Assembly (NCBI GenBank): GCA_009602725.1
Contig: WELB01000017.1
Coordinates: 1,163,925-1,215,424, forward strand
DNA: 51,500 nucleotides
Direction of reading: 5' to 3'
Origin: Spirogloea muscicola
Taxonomy: Eukaryota
The position numbers and the translations under genes are program-made. Below the pieces are notes generated by a model, which ran no database searches, had not been told where the DNA came from, and saw nothing but the letters and a program-made list of their open reading frames with translations. Shown here in pieces: positions 26,352 through 38,200 of the stretch. Each line of letters starts with the position of its first letter. The first letter of the stretch is position 1.

Positions 26352-27348
26352 CGAAAGAGCTCGCCCATAGAGAAGAGGGGCTGGCAAAGCCAACCCAAAA
26401 AGAATGGACAATGTCCAAAGGCCAACGAAATGAGAGGGGCTGGCAGAAGCCAGCCAAAAAAGATTGGACAAAATCCAAAGAGCTACAGGAGAATCACTCA
26501 GTAACCTCTGCTAAGCAGCCGCAGGTCGGAGATGCTAGGCAGCAAGAGCCACTCGTCCCCCTCCCTCCCCCACCCGTTGTTCTTGAGTTGTCTTCGAGCT
26601 CCTCGTCAAGACTCGAAAGCTCTCGCAGAAGAGTGAGCTCTACCAGCTTTGGGCGTTCCTATTACTGAGCTGGCCAATGCGCAGCCATCGCCTTTTACTT
26701 CCAGGAGCCTAGCTTCTCTGACCTGCGGCTGCTTAGCAGGGGTTACGGAGTGATTCGTAGCTGCTTTGTTTCCTCTTGCGCTTCTTTTTTCTTAGCGCTT
26801 GCCCTGGCCCCCTTCTCGTACTTTGTTCATTCTTTTCTGGGCTGGCTTTTCCAGCCCCTATCCTCAATGGGCGAGCCCTTTCTCTTTCTACTGGAAACCT
26901 CGGCAAGCACGTAAACAGATGTATGTAGGAACTGGTGCTTTCCGAGAACCCAAGGACGATCCGGCTTCCTGGCGGGAGGCCCCCTTTTCGCTGGGCGCTC
27001 GGTGGCTCGAGCTGCTCACCCAGCTCGCCCGCCACACCATCGCCCGTCGCTTCCATGGGGAGCCGGTCGACTTTCCTGCAGTCGGGTCGCTGGCGCAAGT
27101 ATATCGAATGCGCCTGGCCGTCTCGCTGCAGAGGTCTATGGCCCGGGCGTTGCACCTTCGTGCCGGCAGAGCCCTCGCTGCTGCCCCTGGCTCTGGCCAG
27201 GGGACCCACTTCAACGAGCCTAGCATCTCCGACCTGCGGCTGCTTAGCAGAGGTTACTGAGTGATTCTCCTGTAGCTCTTTGGATTTTGTCCATTCTTTT
27301 TTGGCTGGCTTCCGCCAGCCCCTCTTTTCTATGGGCGAGCTCATTGTT
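26352..27348. mobile_element. Family B cluster: minus-strand tails (26352-26540) and plus-strand fragments (~26668-26890, ~26990-27348)
   Basis: LGARWLELLTQLAR..DLRLLSRGY-stop at ~26990-27260 with its 3' UTR. 26433-26540 is a near-perfect inverted copy of 27218-27325. Confidence 0.9.
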
Positions 27349-27416
27349 TTCTGGCGCGCGAGTGTGAGCCTTCCCGCGCAAATTTGCGCGCCATCGCCTG
27401 CGGCACAGCCGGCCGA
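27349..27416. repeat. Copy 2 of the 68-bp direct repeat
   Basis: 63/68 identical to 25909-25976 by eye, ungapped, offset 1440 bp. Confidence 0.9.
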
Positions 27417-28842
27417 TTGGCCGCATCCTACCGCCACGAAAAGGCACCTCGGGAGCGTCGGCGAGGCGCCATGATGATTGCTCGCAGCGTCAACGATCCA
27501 CTGTGCTTCCAGGACTTAACGGCAGTCTAGGTTCAAGAAGTGAGCTCTTTCAAGGGCGTGGATTGTGAAAGGCCAGCCCAGAAGCTCGCCAATTGAAGAG
27601 GGTGCAGGAGGAATGGACAAGGTCCAAAGAGCCAGAAGGCGCCAAAATCAAACAGCTATGCAAGGGACTACAGCTTATGGGGTCCATTTGTACAAATAAT
27701 AATCAGGGGCCTTGTTCGGGCTTTCGATAAACAAGATCTGCATGGGCCATGATGTCTTTAAGAGAAGTGCCTCTCCCAATGAGGACAAGGGCTGAGAAAA
27801 ACAGCCCGAAAATAACGTTTTAAAAGCTGATTCTTCCTCTTCTGAGGTTTAAGGTCGCTCGCAAGGCGAGCAGTGACCTGGCGACAGGAGCGGGCCCTGC
27901 ATCCATGCCGCCGGGTCGCTAGCTCGAGTGCCCCAAAGGCGTTTCGGTCTCTCGGTCTTGCTCTGCTGCTCGCTGCTGGCCCTTTGCAGCCCTCGCCCCT
28001 TCTGCAGTCCCGCACCAGTAAGCTGGTCAAGTTGGTTGGTGGCAGGAGGCCTTGTTATTTGCCATTTCCGGGCATCAGGCTTCAGCAAATTGCTGATATT
28101 GATGATAGTCGTCTACTAAGTTTTTGAAGACAATGACAGGCGGGCTTGCTTGCCAAGCGTTGGGCTGTTACAATGTCAGCCTTAAGATCTCTGCAGCTAA
28201 GTTCACTGCATTCAATGGAGCACTTCCATTTATATGCAAGGTAAATCTCATACGACAACAATCATATGCATTACACATGACGCATCAGGCATCACACATC
28301 ACACGTGATTACCATGCCATTAACAAGGACGTCGAGTCTCACTGCAAAGTGCAGACAAAACCCCACAAGCTAGCATGAAAGAGGCATGCCTTGGAGACGC
28401 CCATCAGGCGCTATCAAGTGCTTTCTTGCTTTCACGAGCACCTAAAGAGCACGCCTTCATGAGGTCAGAGTTGCTATTGCTTACGCAACATTCTCAGGTC
28501 GTCTCAAGGCATGTGGAGGAAAGGCTAGCATGCGACTCTCAATACCTTCTCAACAGGAGGGCTCGAAAATGAATAAATGGAATGCAGACGGCATGCAGGC
28601 CGCGCCAAGCTAGCAAAAATGGGAGTGCGACACGGAGGTGCCACGTTGTTGTCGGCTTGTCGTTGTCAACGACAATGCTGCAATTGCAGTGCTGCAGTTG
28701 CTCTGCAGGCTGGGCAAGTCTCTCAAGAAAGAGAAGGCTGTCTCGATACCAGCTCCTCTCTAAGCAGCAGATGCCTTGCAACAGCACCTCACGCTGCCCA
28801 CACCATGCCGTGCTTCACTGAGGTTGCCAATGAAGACAACAG

Positions 28843-31800
28843 TCATTGTTGCACAATAACCAGTGGCTCAAGGCGCCCTCGCTTGAATGTAGGATCCTTG
28901 ACCAGATCGGTCCACATAATGGGAGTCTGTGGGGGTGGTTGGTCGACTTGGACGCTCGCCACCGGCAGCGGCTGCAATGATGCAATGGATCCTGGCCATG
29001 TGTTGCCCGAGGGACTCTCAAGATCTTTGGAGTCCAGCAAACGATATGGCTCAGAGTGCGCCAAATCAGCAGACGCATTCGCACTGGGAGGAGGCGAAGG
29101 TTCGTCAGCCAAGATTGGCGACACCCACACCTCAGTCTCGTTTCCAAGCTCCTGAGGCGTATTGGGCAAGTGAAAGCGAACAGTAAATCGGTGAAAGTTG
29201 CCAAACTGAGTGTACGCATGCAGCACCTCAAAGCTGCCAGCCATGGCGGCAAGGCCGCCATCCGACTCCGGCCACGTCTCGCCCCGCCGGATCTGGCCAT
29301 TGCTTTTGTACACTGCCGTCTGGTCCAGATTCATGACGCGCGGGTGAGGAATCTGCCGGTAGTGACCCACCTGCTCGAACAAGGGATACAGACACAAAAG
29401 ACTGCATCAGCATTCCACGAAACAAACCATCAAATTACATGCTATGTCGTAGGTCCAAGCATCCATGCAGAAACAAACTAGATGCCAGGGAATAGACGCA
29501 CAACATGGCTTCAGTGAGCGCGCAACATGCGTGTTATACGAGCTGCTACTTTCACACTTTAGAAATCGATAAAAGTCGTCAGACAATGAGCTGCGGGGCC
29601 CAGTCCAGAGAATGTGTTGTCCATGCCGCCACTGTGGATTGCTTGATGTCTGTAATGGGGGCCAAGTGGCAGAGATGGAGTGGGCGAAGAGGTCAGGCCC
29701 ACCTTGCAGGGGAGACGCTCTGCGCTGTCAAACCTCCCTACGAGCCGCATGTAGATGTCCTCATCCTCAAAGCCCCAGCCCCAAAAGCAGTTGCGGTATC
29801 CATTGATGATCTCAAATTTCTCCTTGCTCAGGCTCCACACGGCGCCCCAGAAATCATCATATGGTAGCTGCTTTTCCACACCGTCTGCATCAGTGTAGCA
29901 GCTCCGCATGTGGCGGTGCCTCTCGGGGAAGTCGTAAGTGTTCTCCAGGTTTGTTGGTACGTGATCAACATCGTGGAAGACAAAATAATCACACAGGTGA
30001 TCCTGTACTCAGCATCCACACAGTGCACACAATTTCTTAGAGACACACTTCAGGGCAAGCCATAATTGCTTGGATTGCTGGCATCAGAAGCTGAAGCAAT
30101 CTAACCCTCTCCACGAGGTAAGCACTCTATGCACTGGACATGCCCACTGCTTAGTCAGTCAATCACAAAGTTTTCTTGCAACAAGTGCTCAGATGCACAT
30201 ATTGGTCTATTTAGAAGCTAGTAGTCGAGTCTTTGCCTTGCAAAGTTTAGATGTTCGATTTGCATGACAAATGATCCAGACATTTATGTAGGTCAGACAA
30301 TACCCTCAGTTGCAGCATGCAATTGAGGGTGCACGTCTGAGGAAGGATAATGCAGCTGAACGTCTGTTGCTGATTGAGCCAAACTCTTACGCTGGCTCAC
30401 CTTGAGGATGTGGTAGCCGGCATTAAAGAGCCCGGCCTGGTTGAAGAGGCCATCCTGATCCTGCTCGATCACTGCAATTGTGTAATTCATCTCGCCACGA
30501 ACCTTGTCCAGAAATGGCCGAATCACCCGCTTGAACTCCCGCAGATTGGCCCAACGACCCAGGCCCTGAACATCGGCCGCCAGTGCCATTGTCAGCGACG
30601 GGCATCAGAACATCAGCAGCCCCTCAGCGCATCCGCCACGCCACGCCACATTCAGGCTCTAGCATCCGAGACCCATGTGGTAAGCACGATTGTAAATCAC
30701 AAGTGGCAGCCAGGTGTGATGGAGAAGACTTGCCTGCGAGTTGAGCTCCGCTGACTCGCGGAACGGGACAAGGACACACAGATGGTGTCCCTCTTTGTCC
30801 ATACGGACGCTGGGCGTGCCCAGGCCCTCCATGCCCAGCGGCGCGCTGCCGAGAGAGCGGAGCACCGCTTGCAGGCGGGCCTTGTCGGCCACAAGCCTGA
30901 ACGGACACTTTGGATCAGCATGAGTGCAGGAGAAAGAGGATATAACCATAAGCTCTAGACCTGAGCATTAATCACCGAAGGCAAGATCTGAGATGCACTT
31001 GCTGTGGTATATGAGGAAGAGCGTGTTACAGTGTGAGGCAAATGGCTCGTGGTGGGCTGCGAGAGCCGGCCATTCTCACCCAAAGAAGTCGTTGGCAATG
31101 ACCGCCGACTCGATCCTAAGGTGCGCCGCACCACTGGCACTGGCCATATGGCGCGTTGCGGAGCCGCGCAGGCACAGCTCCTCCGAGCTGATCGTCGAGT
31201 GGGACCAGAGGCAGTCGGCCACAACCTCCCAAGCAGGCAAGCGCGCGGCGGCAGCGCTCGACGCCAGCAACTGCCGCCGTCTGCTGCTGCCGCCATCATG
31301 AAGGCCCCCAGCCTTGGGCGGGCAATGGAAGCCCTTGGGCATGATCTCAACGACGGCGCTGCCGGCTGGCATGAGCAGTGTGACTGCAGCGAGTTGCGGC
31401 CCGTGAAAACCGACAACAACAGCCGGGTGCTTCACTGCAAGGAGCGTGCCAAGGCTGTCCGGAACTGACGACGCAGGCTGGAAGGGAAGCACGTCCACGC
31501 GGCAGTGCTCGCATGCCGTGGCCACTGCCGCAACCAGCATTGTTGCCTTGGCCATGTGAGCACTCCGCTTTGCTGAGCTGCCGTCGGCCGCTGCGCTCGG
31601 TTGCAGTAGCAAGGATTCACTGGCTATGCTATCGCCGGTTTCGACAAGCGCCGCACCTGGCACTGCACTGTAGCTGGCATTGGGGGCGGCATCCTCAGTG
31701 TGGACAGAGAAGACAAAGACCTGCAGAGGTGGCGGCATGGTCTCGTTGCTGCCAGATCCATCTCCACCATTATCTGGCATGTGGCTGCTATTCGTGAGGC

Positions 31801-34084
31801 AGCTGCTGATGTACATCCGGATGTCCTCCAGTGCTGCCGATGGTGGCCACCGACCAGGCAACTTATGGTCCAGGCGGTGGGTGGCGAGCAAGGCCGGTGC
31901 AAAGGGCGAACGCATGGCCATGGGGAGGAGGACAGCACGCAGCAAGCAGGTGCTCTGCGACACCACTGGCCAGGCAATCAGCTGCGGAGGTGGTAGAGGG
32001 GAGGACAGATGTCGAAGACCACAGAAAGAGATAGGGACAAGAAGAGGGAGAGGAAGGCGGATTTAGAGGGAGGGGAGGAAAAAGACGCGCAAACCTCGGG
32101 GAGGTCAGCCGCCCAGAAGACACGACGGAAGAGGCGGCGCCAGGGAGTGAGGTCGGCAGCGACGGCCACTGCGGCGGCAGGGCGCCACCCTGGCCCCTGC
32201 GGAGCTAGCAGGACAATGTCGACCTCTGCAGGTCGAGCACCCAGCACCGCACGCGCCGCAAGTACGGCGCTGCTCCAGTGCAGCACCATGGACAGAGCGT
32301 CCCCAGTGCCGCCACTCCTGGCGAGTGGGACGAGCACGGCTGGGCCGACCAGCTGCCGCAAGCTGCCGGCTGGCGACGACGACGGCGACCAAGGCCGCCT
32401 GCTGCAGGCCGCTGCTACGACGCCTGGTCGATCGTGCACTGCCTGCAGCAGGTGCAGCGGCAGCCAGATTTTTGTTAGCACCGCTGTTAGAGGCTGCGGC
32501 GAGTAGATGCAAGATGGCCAATGCCACTGATGGTGCTCGCGCCGGCAGGTACCAGCGCCACGGGCGAGAGCTGCTGCGGCCAGCCGCTGTCGAGCCGCCC
32601 CGAGACCAGGAACCTGGAGCCCGCGTAGTGGTAACCGGCAGTGCCCTCGTTCATGCTGCGCTCGCACAGGCGGCCTGGACTGCCTGCGCCTCCTTGGCCG
32701 CCAACGCAGCCGCCGGCAACCGGCTCCCCGGCTCCCAGCGGCCGCGTGAGGACCACTGAGCTCATGGAGCAGAAGCTAGCGCTGTCGGGTACACCTGCCA
32801 GGCCAAGCGATTGCTGCCTCACCGCAGCCTGCAGCAGCTGCCGCCGCTGGCAAGCCTTGCCACTGCCATTGGGCTCTGTCAACCTCGTCTAACACGCGCC
32901 TGCGCAACTGCCCTTCCTCATCCCTTACATCTGGCAGTTCTTTACCCCCTTTCCAAACCCTTTGGGCGCTGATGCAGCATGCAGGCAAAAACTTGCGTGT
33001 ACTGAAATAATGGAAGGCCAAAGTGGCCAAGTACAAATGGCACATCCGATGACGTAAATGATGAGCATGCAGGAGTGCTGAGAGTTGAGAGGGTCTCGTA
33101 TATGTCACACGGCGGTGCCTTACCGGCGGCGCAGAAGATGGAGCTGGCCGGCGGGCCGGCAAGGTGCCACCGCCAGGGCGCGCCGCGGGGGTCGACGAGG
33201 GGGAACACCGCGCTGAGGGGCCCCGCCAAGAGCGCCGCGTCGCCGGCGGTCGCATTGAGCACGACGCGGCGCCACGCGGCAGCCTCGCCGGCGGCGCCGC
33301 CGTGCGCCACCGGGCTGCGGCAGGGCCTCAGACGCCATGGCAGGGCCGTCAGCTACAGCCATTCGTAGGTTAGGGTTCAGGGTTAAGGGTCTTGGTTTTA
33401 GGGTTTTGAGATTGTGAAGTCGCTGAAGTAGATTGTACTTGTTCTCATATTTGTAAGTTTGAGAGCTACTTACCTTTGTCAATGCGCCATTGTAATGAAT
33501 CATGAAAACTCATGAAGAACACAAGTTAGAGTTTAAGGATTCGGGGTTAGGTTTTTGGAGCTCTACGATCGAGGCGGAGGGCGGGCATTGCAGTGGCGGC
33601 GGCGGCTTACATGGACAGCGGCCAGTAAGGCGTGGCCCAAGAAGCGGCGAGCCAGGCGCCGCAAATGGCGCGGGCCGCGGCGGGCAACGCGGCGGGCCCG
33701 CGCCGGAGGAATGCGCGCTGCCACGGCTCGCACAGCCCGGCGAGCGCGGCCTCCAGCACCGTCGCGCCGGCCTGAGCGCCGCCACCGCCAGGCCAAGGAT
33801 GCGTCGTCAGGCACGAGGCGCCTGTACGGCAACGCGACGGAGGCGGCGGCGGTGGCGGCGGCGGCGGCGCTGCGGGGGCGCGTCGCGAGACAGACGTCGA
33901 GGCGCTGGAACCAGAGGCTCTGGAGCACGAGGCCGAGCGCCGGCACGGCCGCCAGCAGGAGCAGCAGCGCCAGCGCGCCGCCGCCGCGCCGCGGCCACCA
34001 CCACCACCGCCATCGCCACGACGGCGCTGCCGCTACGCCGCCGTCGCCGCCGCGGGGGGACTGCATCAGGCCCCGCGCCCCCAT
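28843..34084 (-). CDS. Type II membrane glycosyltransferase with an N-terminal GT61-like domain and a C-terminal GT7 (beta-1,4-galactosyltransferase-like) domain, multi-exon
   Basis: N-terminal TM (ALALLLLLAAVPALGLVL). GT61-like motif VVVGFHGPQLAAVTLLMPAGSAVVEIMP. GT7 motifs LCVLVPFRE, YTIAVIEQ...FNQAGLFNAG, DYFVFHDVD (29964-29978) and INGYRNCFWGWGFEDED (29757-29783). In-frame splice 31080 to 30896 links the halves. The C-terminal end is tentative. Confidence 0.78.
32995..33047 (-). mobile_element. Very short family A tail inside a GT gene intron
   Basis: CGTGTACTGAAATAATGGAAGGCCAAAGTGGCCAAGTACAAATGGCACATC resembles the reverse-complement A tail. Confidence 0.7.
33367..33558. repeat. Degenerate telomere-like clusters at both ends of GT gene intron 1
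   Basis: GGTTAGGGTTCAGGGTTAAGGG..TTTTAGGGTTTT (33367-33408) and TTAGAGTTTAAGG..GGGGTTAGG (~33525-33555). Confidence 0.65.
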
Positions 34085-34479
34085 GGCGTGCCAACCTCCG
34101 GGGGTCCTAGGAGCGCCTGCTGATGGTCGGAACATGGATCTGCCATGTGAAGACAAGCGTGTACTGAGTGCTGGAGATCGCAGCTCAGCCAGCCTTCTGT
34201 TGGCCGACAAGCCAAGATGGAAGTGGAGTTGTACTGTGCTTGTCTCTGGGCTGGCCAATCGCAGCCATCGCCTTCTAATGGAAGAGTCTTTCTTTTCTTG
34301 TATTGGATGATGGAGGGCCTGATGTCGCCTGGGTACAGAGGCAAGCACCTTGATTACATCACCTCCTGCAAAGGTGACCCGCTTTTAAGGCACTAGTTTT
34401 TGCCTGCACAATGTACTGGCTTGAATTGGCCTCCCTTTCATTTCATGCGCACCGCGCGCCTTCTCTGCTGCTAAGGTGA

Positions 34480-35060
34480 ACCGCTCAGTAACCACGAGTC
34501 GGCACGTAGAGGTGGCTAATTGATGCCCAAATAACGGACGCAATTGACAAGCCTTGTGCCACCAGCTAAGGCTCGACCAGCTTTCTGGTGCAATGCATGA
34601 GTCTGAGCTCGCTGCAAACAGGCTGACACACGACGTCGCAAAAACTACAATTATGCTGCCGGCATGCCCATCTCGGCTGGAAGTATATTCTTATGTCGTG
34701 CATATCCTAGGCTTGCATTGTTCTCAAGAAGGGTATGCAAACGAGGACCTATGCAGCCAAAGGTGTCAACTACAGCTGGTAGAAGGTGAATGCTATGGGG
34801 GTAGTCAGAGTACTGCTGCAGCATTCTCTGTTCTGCACGTCCCACTGCGTGGCCGATGCTGGACTCTTGTACGCCTCTGTCCCAACCACATTGGTTGCCA
34901 AGGCTCGTGGACCTCCGCCAGGTGTACACCCACAATGTCTAGGGTGCGACGGTGAGGGGGTTCCTGAGCGTCTGTGGTAACGGGCATGATATTCTTTACT
35001 TCCACAATGGCTGGGTAGCCGGCATCACGTATCAAGTCCGCAAGGGCAACCCGTAATAGA
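34480..35060 (-). mobile_element. Old degenerate family A copy (RLE region)
   Basis: LRVALADLIRDAGYPAIVEVKNIMPVTTDAQ..HRRTLDIVGV, IGHAVGRAEQR..YSDYP, LPAEMGMPAA; frameshifted. Confidence 0.88.
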
Positions 35061-35265
35061 AGGCGTTTCCAAAGGGGGGTGATGATTATGAAGAAAGTGA
35101 ATAGCTCTTCTAATGTAATGCAATGGCTGTGAGAGGCCAGCCTACATGGATGAACACAAGGTCTGAAATGACACGGAACTACTCTGGGTGACTTCTGCAA
35201 GGACGATCCCTGAATTCTCTGGTCAGCAAGTGAGATCCAAAAAAATTAGAGGGGCGGAATAGATG

Positions 35266-38200
35266 GTGTATTAGAAAGAAATGTAGGCCAAATGGCCAGG
35301 TACAAAGGCAAGCACATCTAAAAATCTACATAACCTACAGCAGATTGACCCGCTCAATAACCACGGGTCACAACATAAAGGTCACTACTCGATGCATGAA
35401 TACTAGATGCCAGGAACGGAGCCCTTCTGCCACCTACTAGAGCTCGCCCAGCTTTCTGGTGCAAGGCACTAGCCTGAGCACGCTGCAAACAGGCCGAAAC
35501 TCGACGTCGCAAGAGCGACAGATATGCAGCTGGCAAGCCCATCTCAGCCGGAAACACATCTGCGCGTCGAGTGTAGCCTAGATTGGCAATGTTTTGAAGC
35601 AGAGTGTGGAAGCGAGGACCCAGACAGCCAAAGATGTCGATTGCAGCTGGCAGGAGTTGATCGCATTGGGGGTAATCGGAGTAATGCCGCAGTTTTCTTT
35701 GCTCTGCTCCGCCCACTGCGTGCCCAGCAATGTGTGTTGATGCTGGGCCTTTATATGCCTCCGTAACAACAACGTCGACCAGGGCCCGTGGTCCTCCACC
35801 AGGTTGCACGCCCACAATGTCAAGTGTGCGGCGATGATGACGTCCCTGGGCGTCCGTGGTGATAGGCATGATATTGTTGACTTCCACGACCGCACGGTAG
35901 CCGGCGTCGCGCATCAAGCCCGCCAGGGCATCGCGAAGGAGGTTGTGAATGCCCACCACTTCTGGTCCAGTGGGGCATCTCAGCATGTGAGTGGCGAGCA
36001 CAGCACCCTCTGCACGGAAGCCGCACTCGCACTGGCGCACCCCAATCAGGCAATTAGGTGGGAGGCCGAGGAAGAGTTGAAGCGATGTCCGAAAGGCCTC
36101 GGAGCTGATGCTGAAGGCGTTGGCGACGGGGGGAGAGGTGATCCAGTCAGTGGCACCAGGTGTGGCCAGAGAAGTGAGTCTTGCCAAGCTCCTCGGATTG
36201 TTCTGAATCTCTGGCAGCCTCCTCAACCTTCTGCGGCGTTCGTCTTCCACTGCCGTAACCAGTCTGGATTGTGCCCCTCTATCAGAAGCTTGGGCGAGGG
36301 TGGAGAATGGCGTGAGTAGGGGTTGGAGAGAGGGGAAAGAGCTGATGGCTGAGTCGCGGATGCTCCTCAGATCCGCTTGGAAGGGGAAGGAGCCTTCCTC
36401 CACATTGCGTACAGGGTCGTGGAGGCAAGGGAAGCGCATGGGGAGCAGGGAGGCGATCTGGTGCCAGCAGCCCAGGAAGGCTGCTTGCGCCGTCTGCTCC
36501 AACGACCGGCAGCCAAGGCCGCCCATGCGAGTAGGGAGGGAGGCCTGGAGGGAAGCTGAAGCTGAGGGGAAAGATGAAGAATGTAGTAGGGCTGCCAGGG
36601 ACTGCTGAAGGGAGTCATCATATTCCTTGTAGAGCTCCGCCACCATGCCCAATGGGGCAACTGTCCGTTGCAGATAGCAAGCCCGTTGGCCGATGCAGCG
36701 GGTGAGGATGGCCAACGCCAGCTGCGTGTCCCCAAGGAGGGGAAGGGAAGGGAGGGGGGCGAGGTGTTTTTGAAGGCGTTCCCGCAAGTCCACCGCCACG
36801 TGAGCTGGTGTACCGAAGGGGACCTTGAGGATGGCCAGCCCATTGGCAGGGGTCTGACAGCCGTGGGGGAGCTGAAGGTTGGCAGGGAGACCGCGTGGGG
36901 ACCAGGCCACGCTCTTGGACGGGCAAACCCGCAGGCCCATCAGGTCCAATTCGCGAACGAGCAAGGGGTAAGCCGCCATGACTTCAGCTGGAGGTCCAAT
37001 GATGTGTGTGTCATCCGCGTAGGAAGGGAAGAGGAGGTATGGGTGTTGGCTCTGGGTGCGCCGAATAGCCCGGCAATGTGCCAATGCAAACAGGATTGGG
37101 CTAAGGGGATCCCCCTGGCGTGTGCCAGAAGATGACCACAGCGTCTTCCACGACTCTCCTGCTTGCCACAGCAGCCGCCCTGGGCGTCCATAGGCCATGA
37201 GGAAAAAGGGTATAAGGGAAGGGAAGTGGTCGCGCAGCTCCTCCATAATGACGCTGCGCTCCACTGTATTAAAGGCGTTAGTGATATCCAGCCCAAGGAC
37301 CATCATTGAAGGGTCCACATCGAGAGCGGCACGGATGCCGTGGATGAGGGCCTCCGCCCCGCAGGACATGCCAGCACCAAATTGGTGGGGTGATAGATGG
37401 CTGGTCAGCTGGGGTTTCAGCTCGCTGCACACGGCCTTTGATACCAGCCGCATGACAACCTCCGTCATCGCAATGGGTCTCACTCCGCCTGTTGGCTTTG
37501 CAAGGGCTAGCAGGTGGCTGGAGTTTAAGGCATCAGCAATGCGTGGTGGAATGGCAGCCCTGGCGATGTGCCGGCAGGTGGACAGGAACAGGGAGAAGCT
37601 CCTCTCATCCCCATCAAGAAATAGGTCCTGTAGGTGCTCAAAGAGCCATCCAGAAGGGCCTCCAGACACCATTCGGGGGGCTTTGGTCAGGGCCACACGG
37701 AGCGCCTCTGCCGATAGGTCAAGAGGATTGGGGAGCTCGCCGGCCCAGGGCTCAAGGGGGTGTTGTGGAGGGGGGTGGAGCTGTCGCAAGATAGCCTCTG
37801 TGGCGTCGTTGGTAGTAGCCAGGGGGTCAGGGCAAAGGGCCTGAGCGGCCCGGGAAAGTTCTCCTGCCCTGCCAAAGCGTCTTGCGCGCGCTAGAATGCC
37901 AGCTGTGGACTGTTGAGAGGGCTGGTTGACTGATCCATTGCGCGCGCGCCGCTGAGAGAGCGTGACCCGAGCAGCTGCTGCACGTTGCTGAGCCAACTCC
38001 TCCCATTTTCCACTTGAAAATTTTGCCAGTCTGTCTTGGAAAGTCTTGCGGCCTCCGACACCAAAAGAGGGAAGATGGCCAAGAACAAGCTTGGGGAAAA
38101 GCATGTACAAGGCCCAGGCCGCCTCGTCCATAGAGTCCGCTTCGATGCGAGCAAGGTAAGGTGTAAGAACCTTGATGCACTCACGACGTGCCCATCTGGG

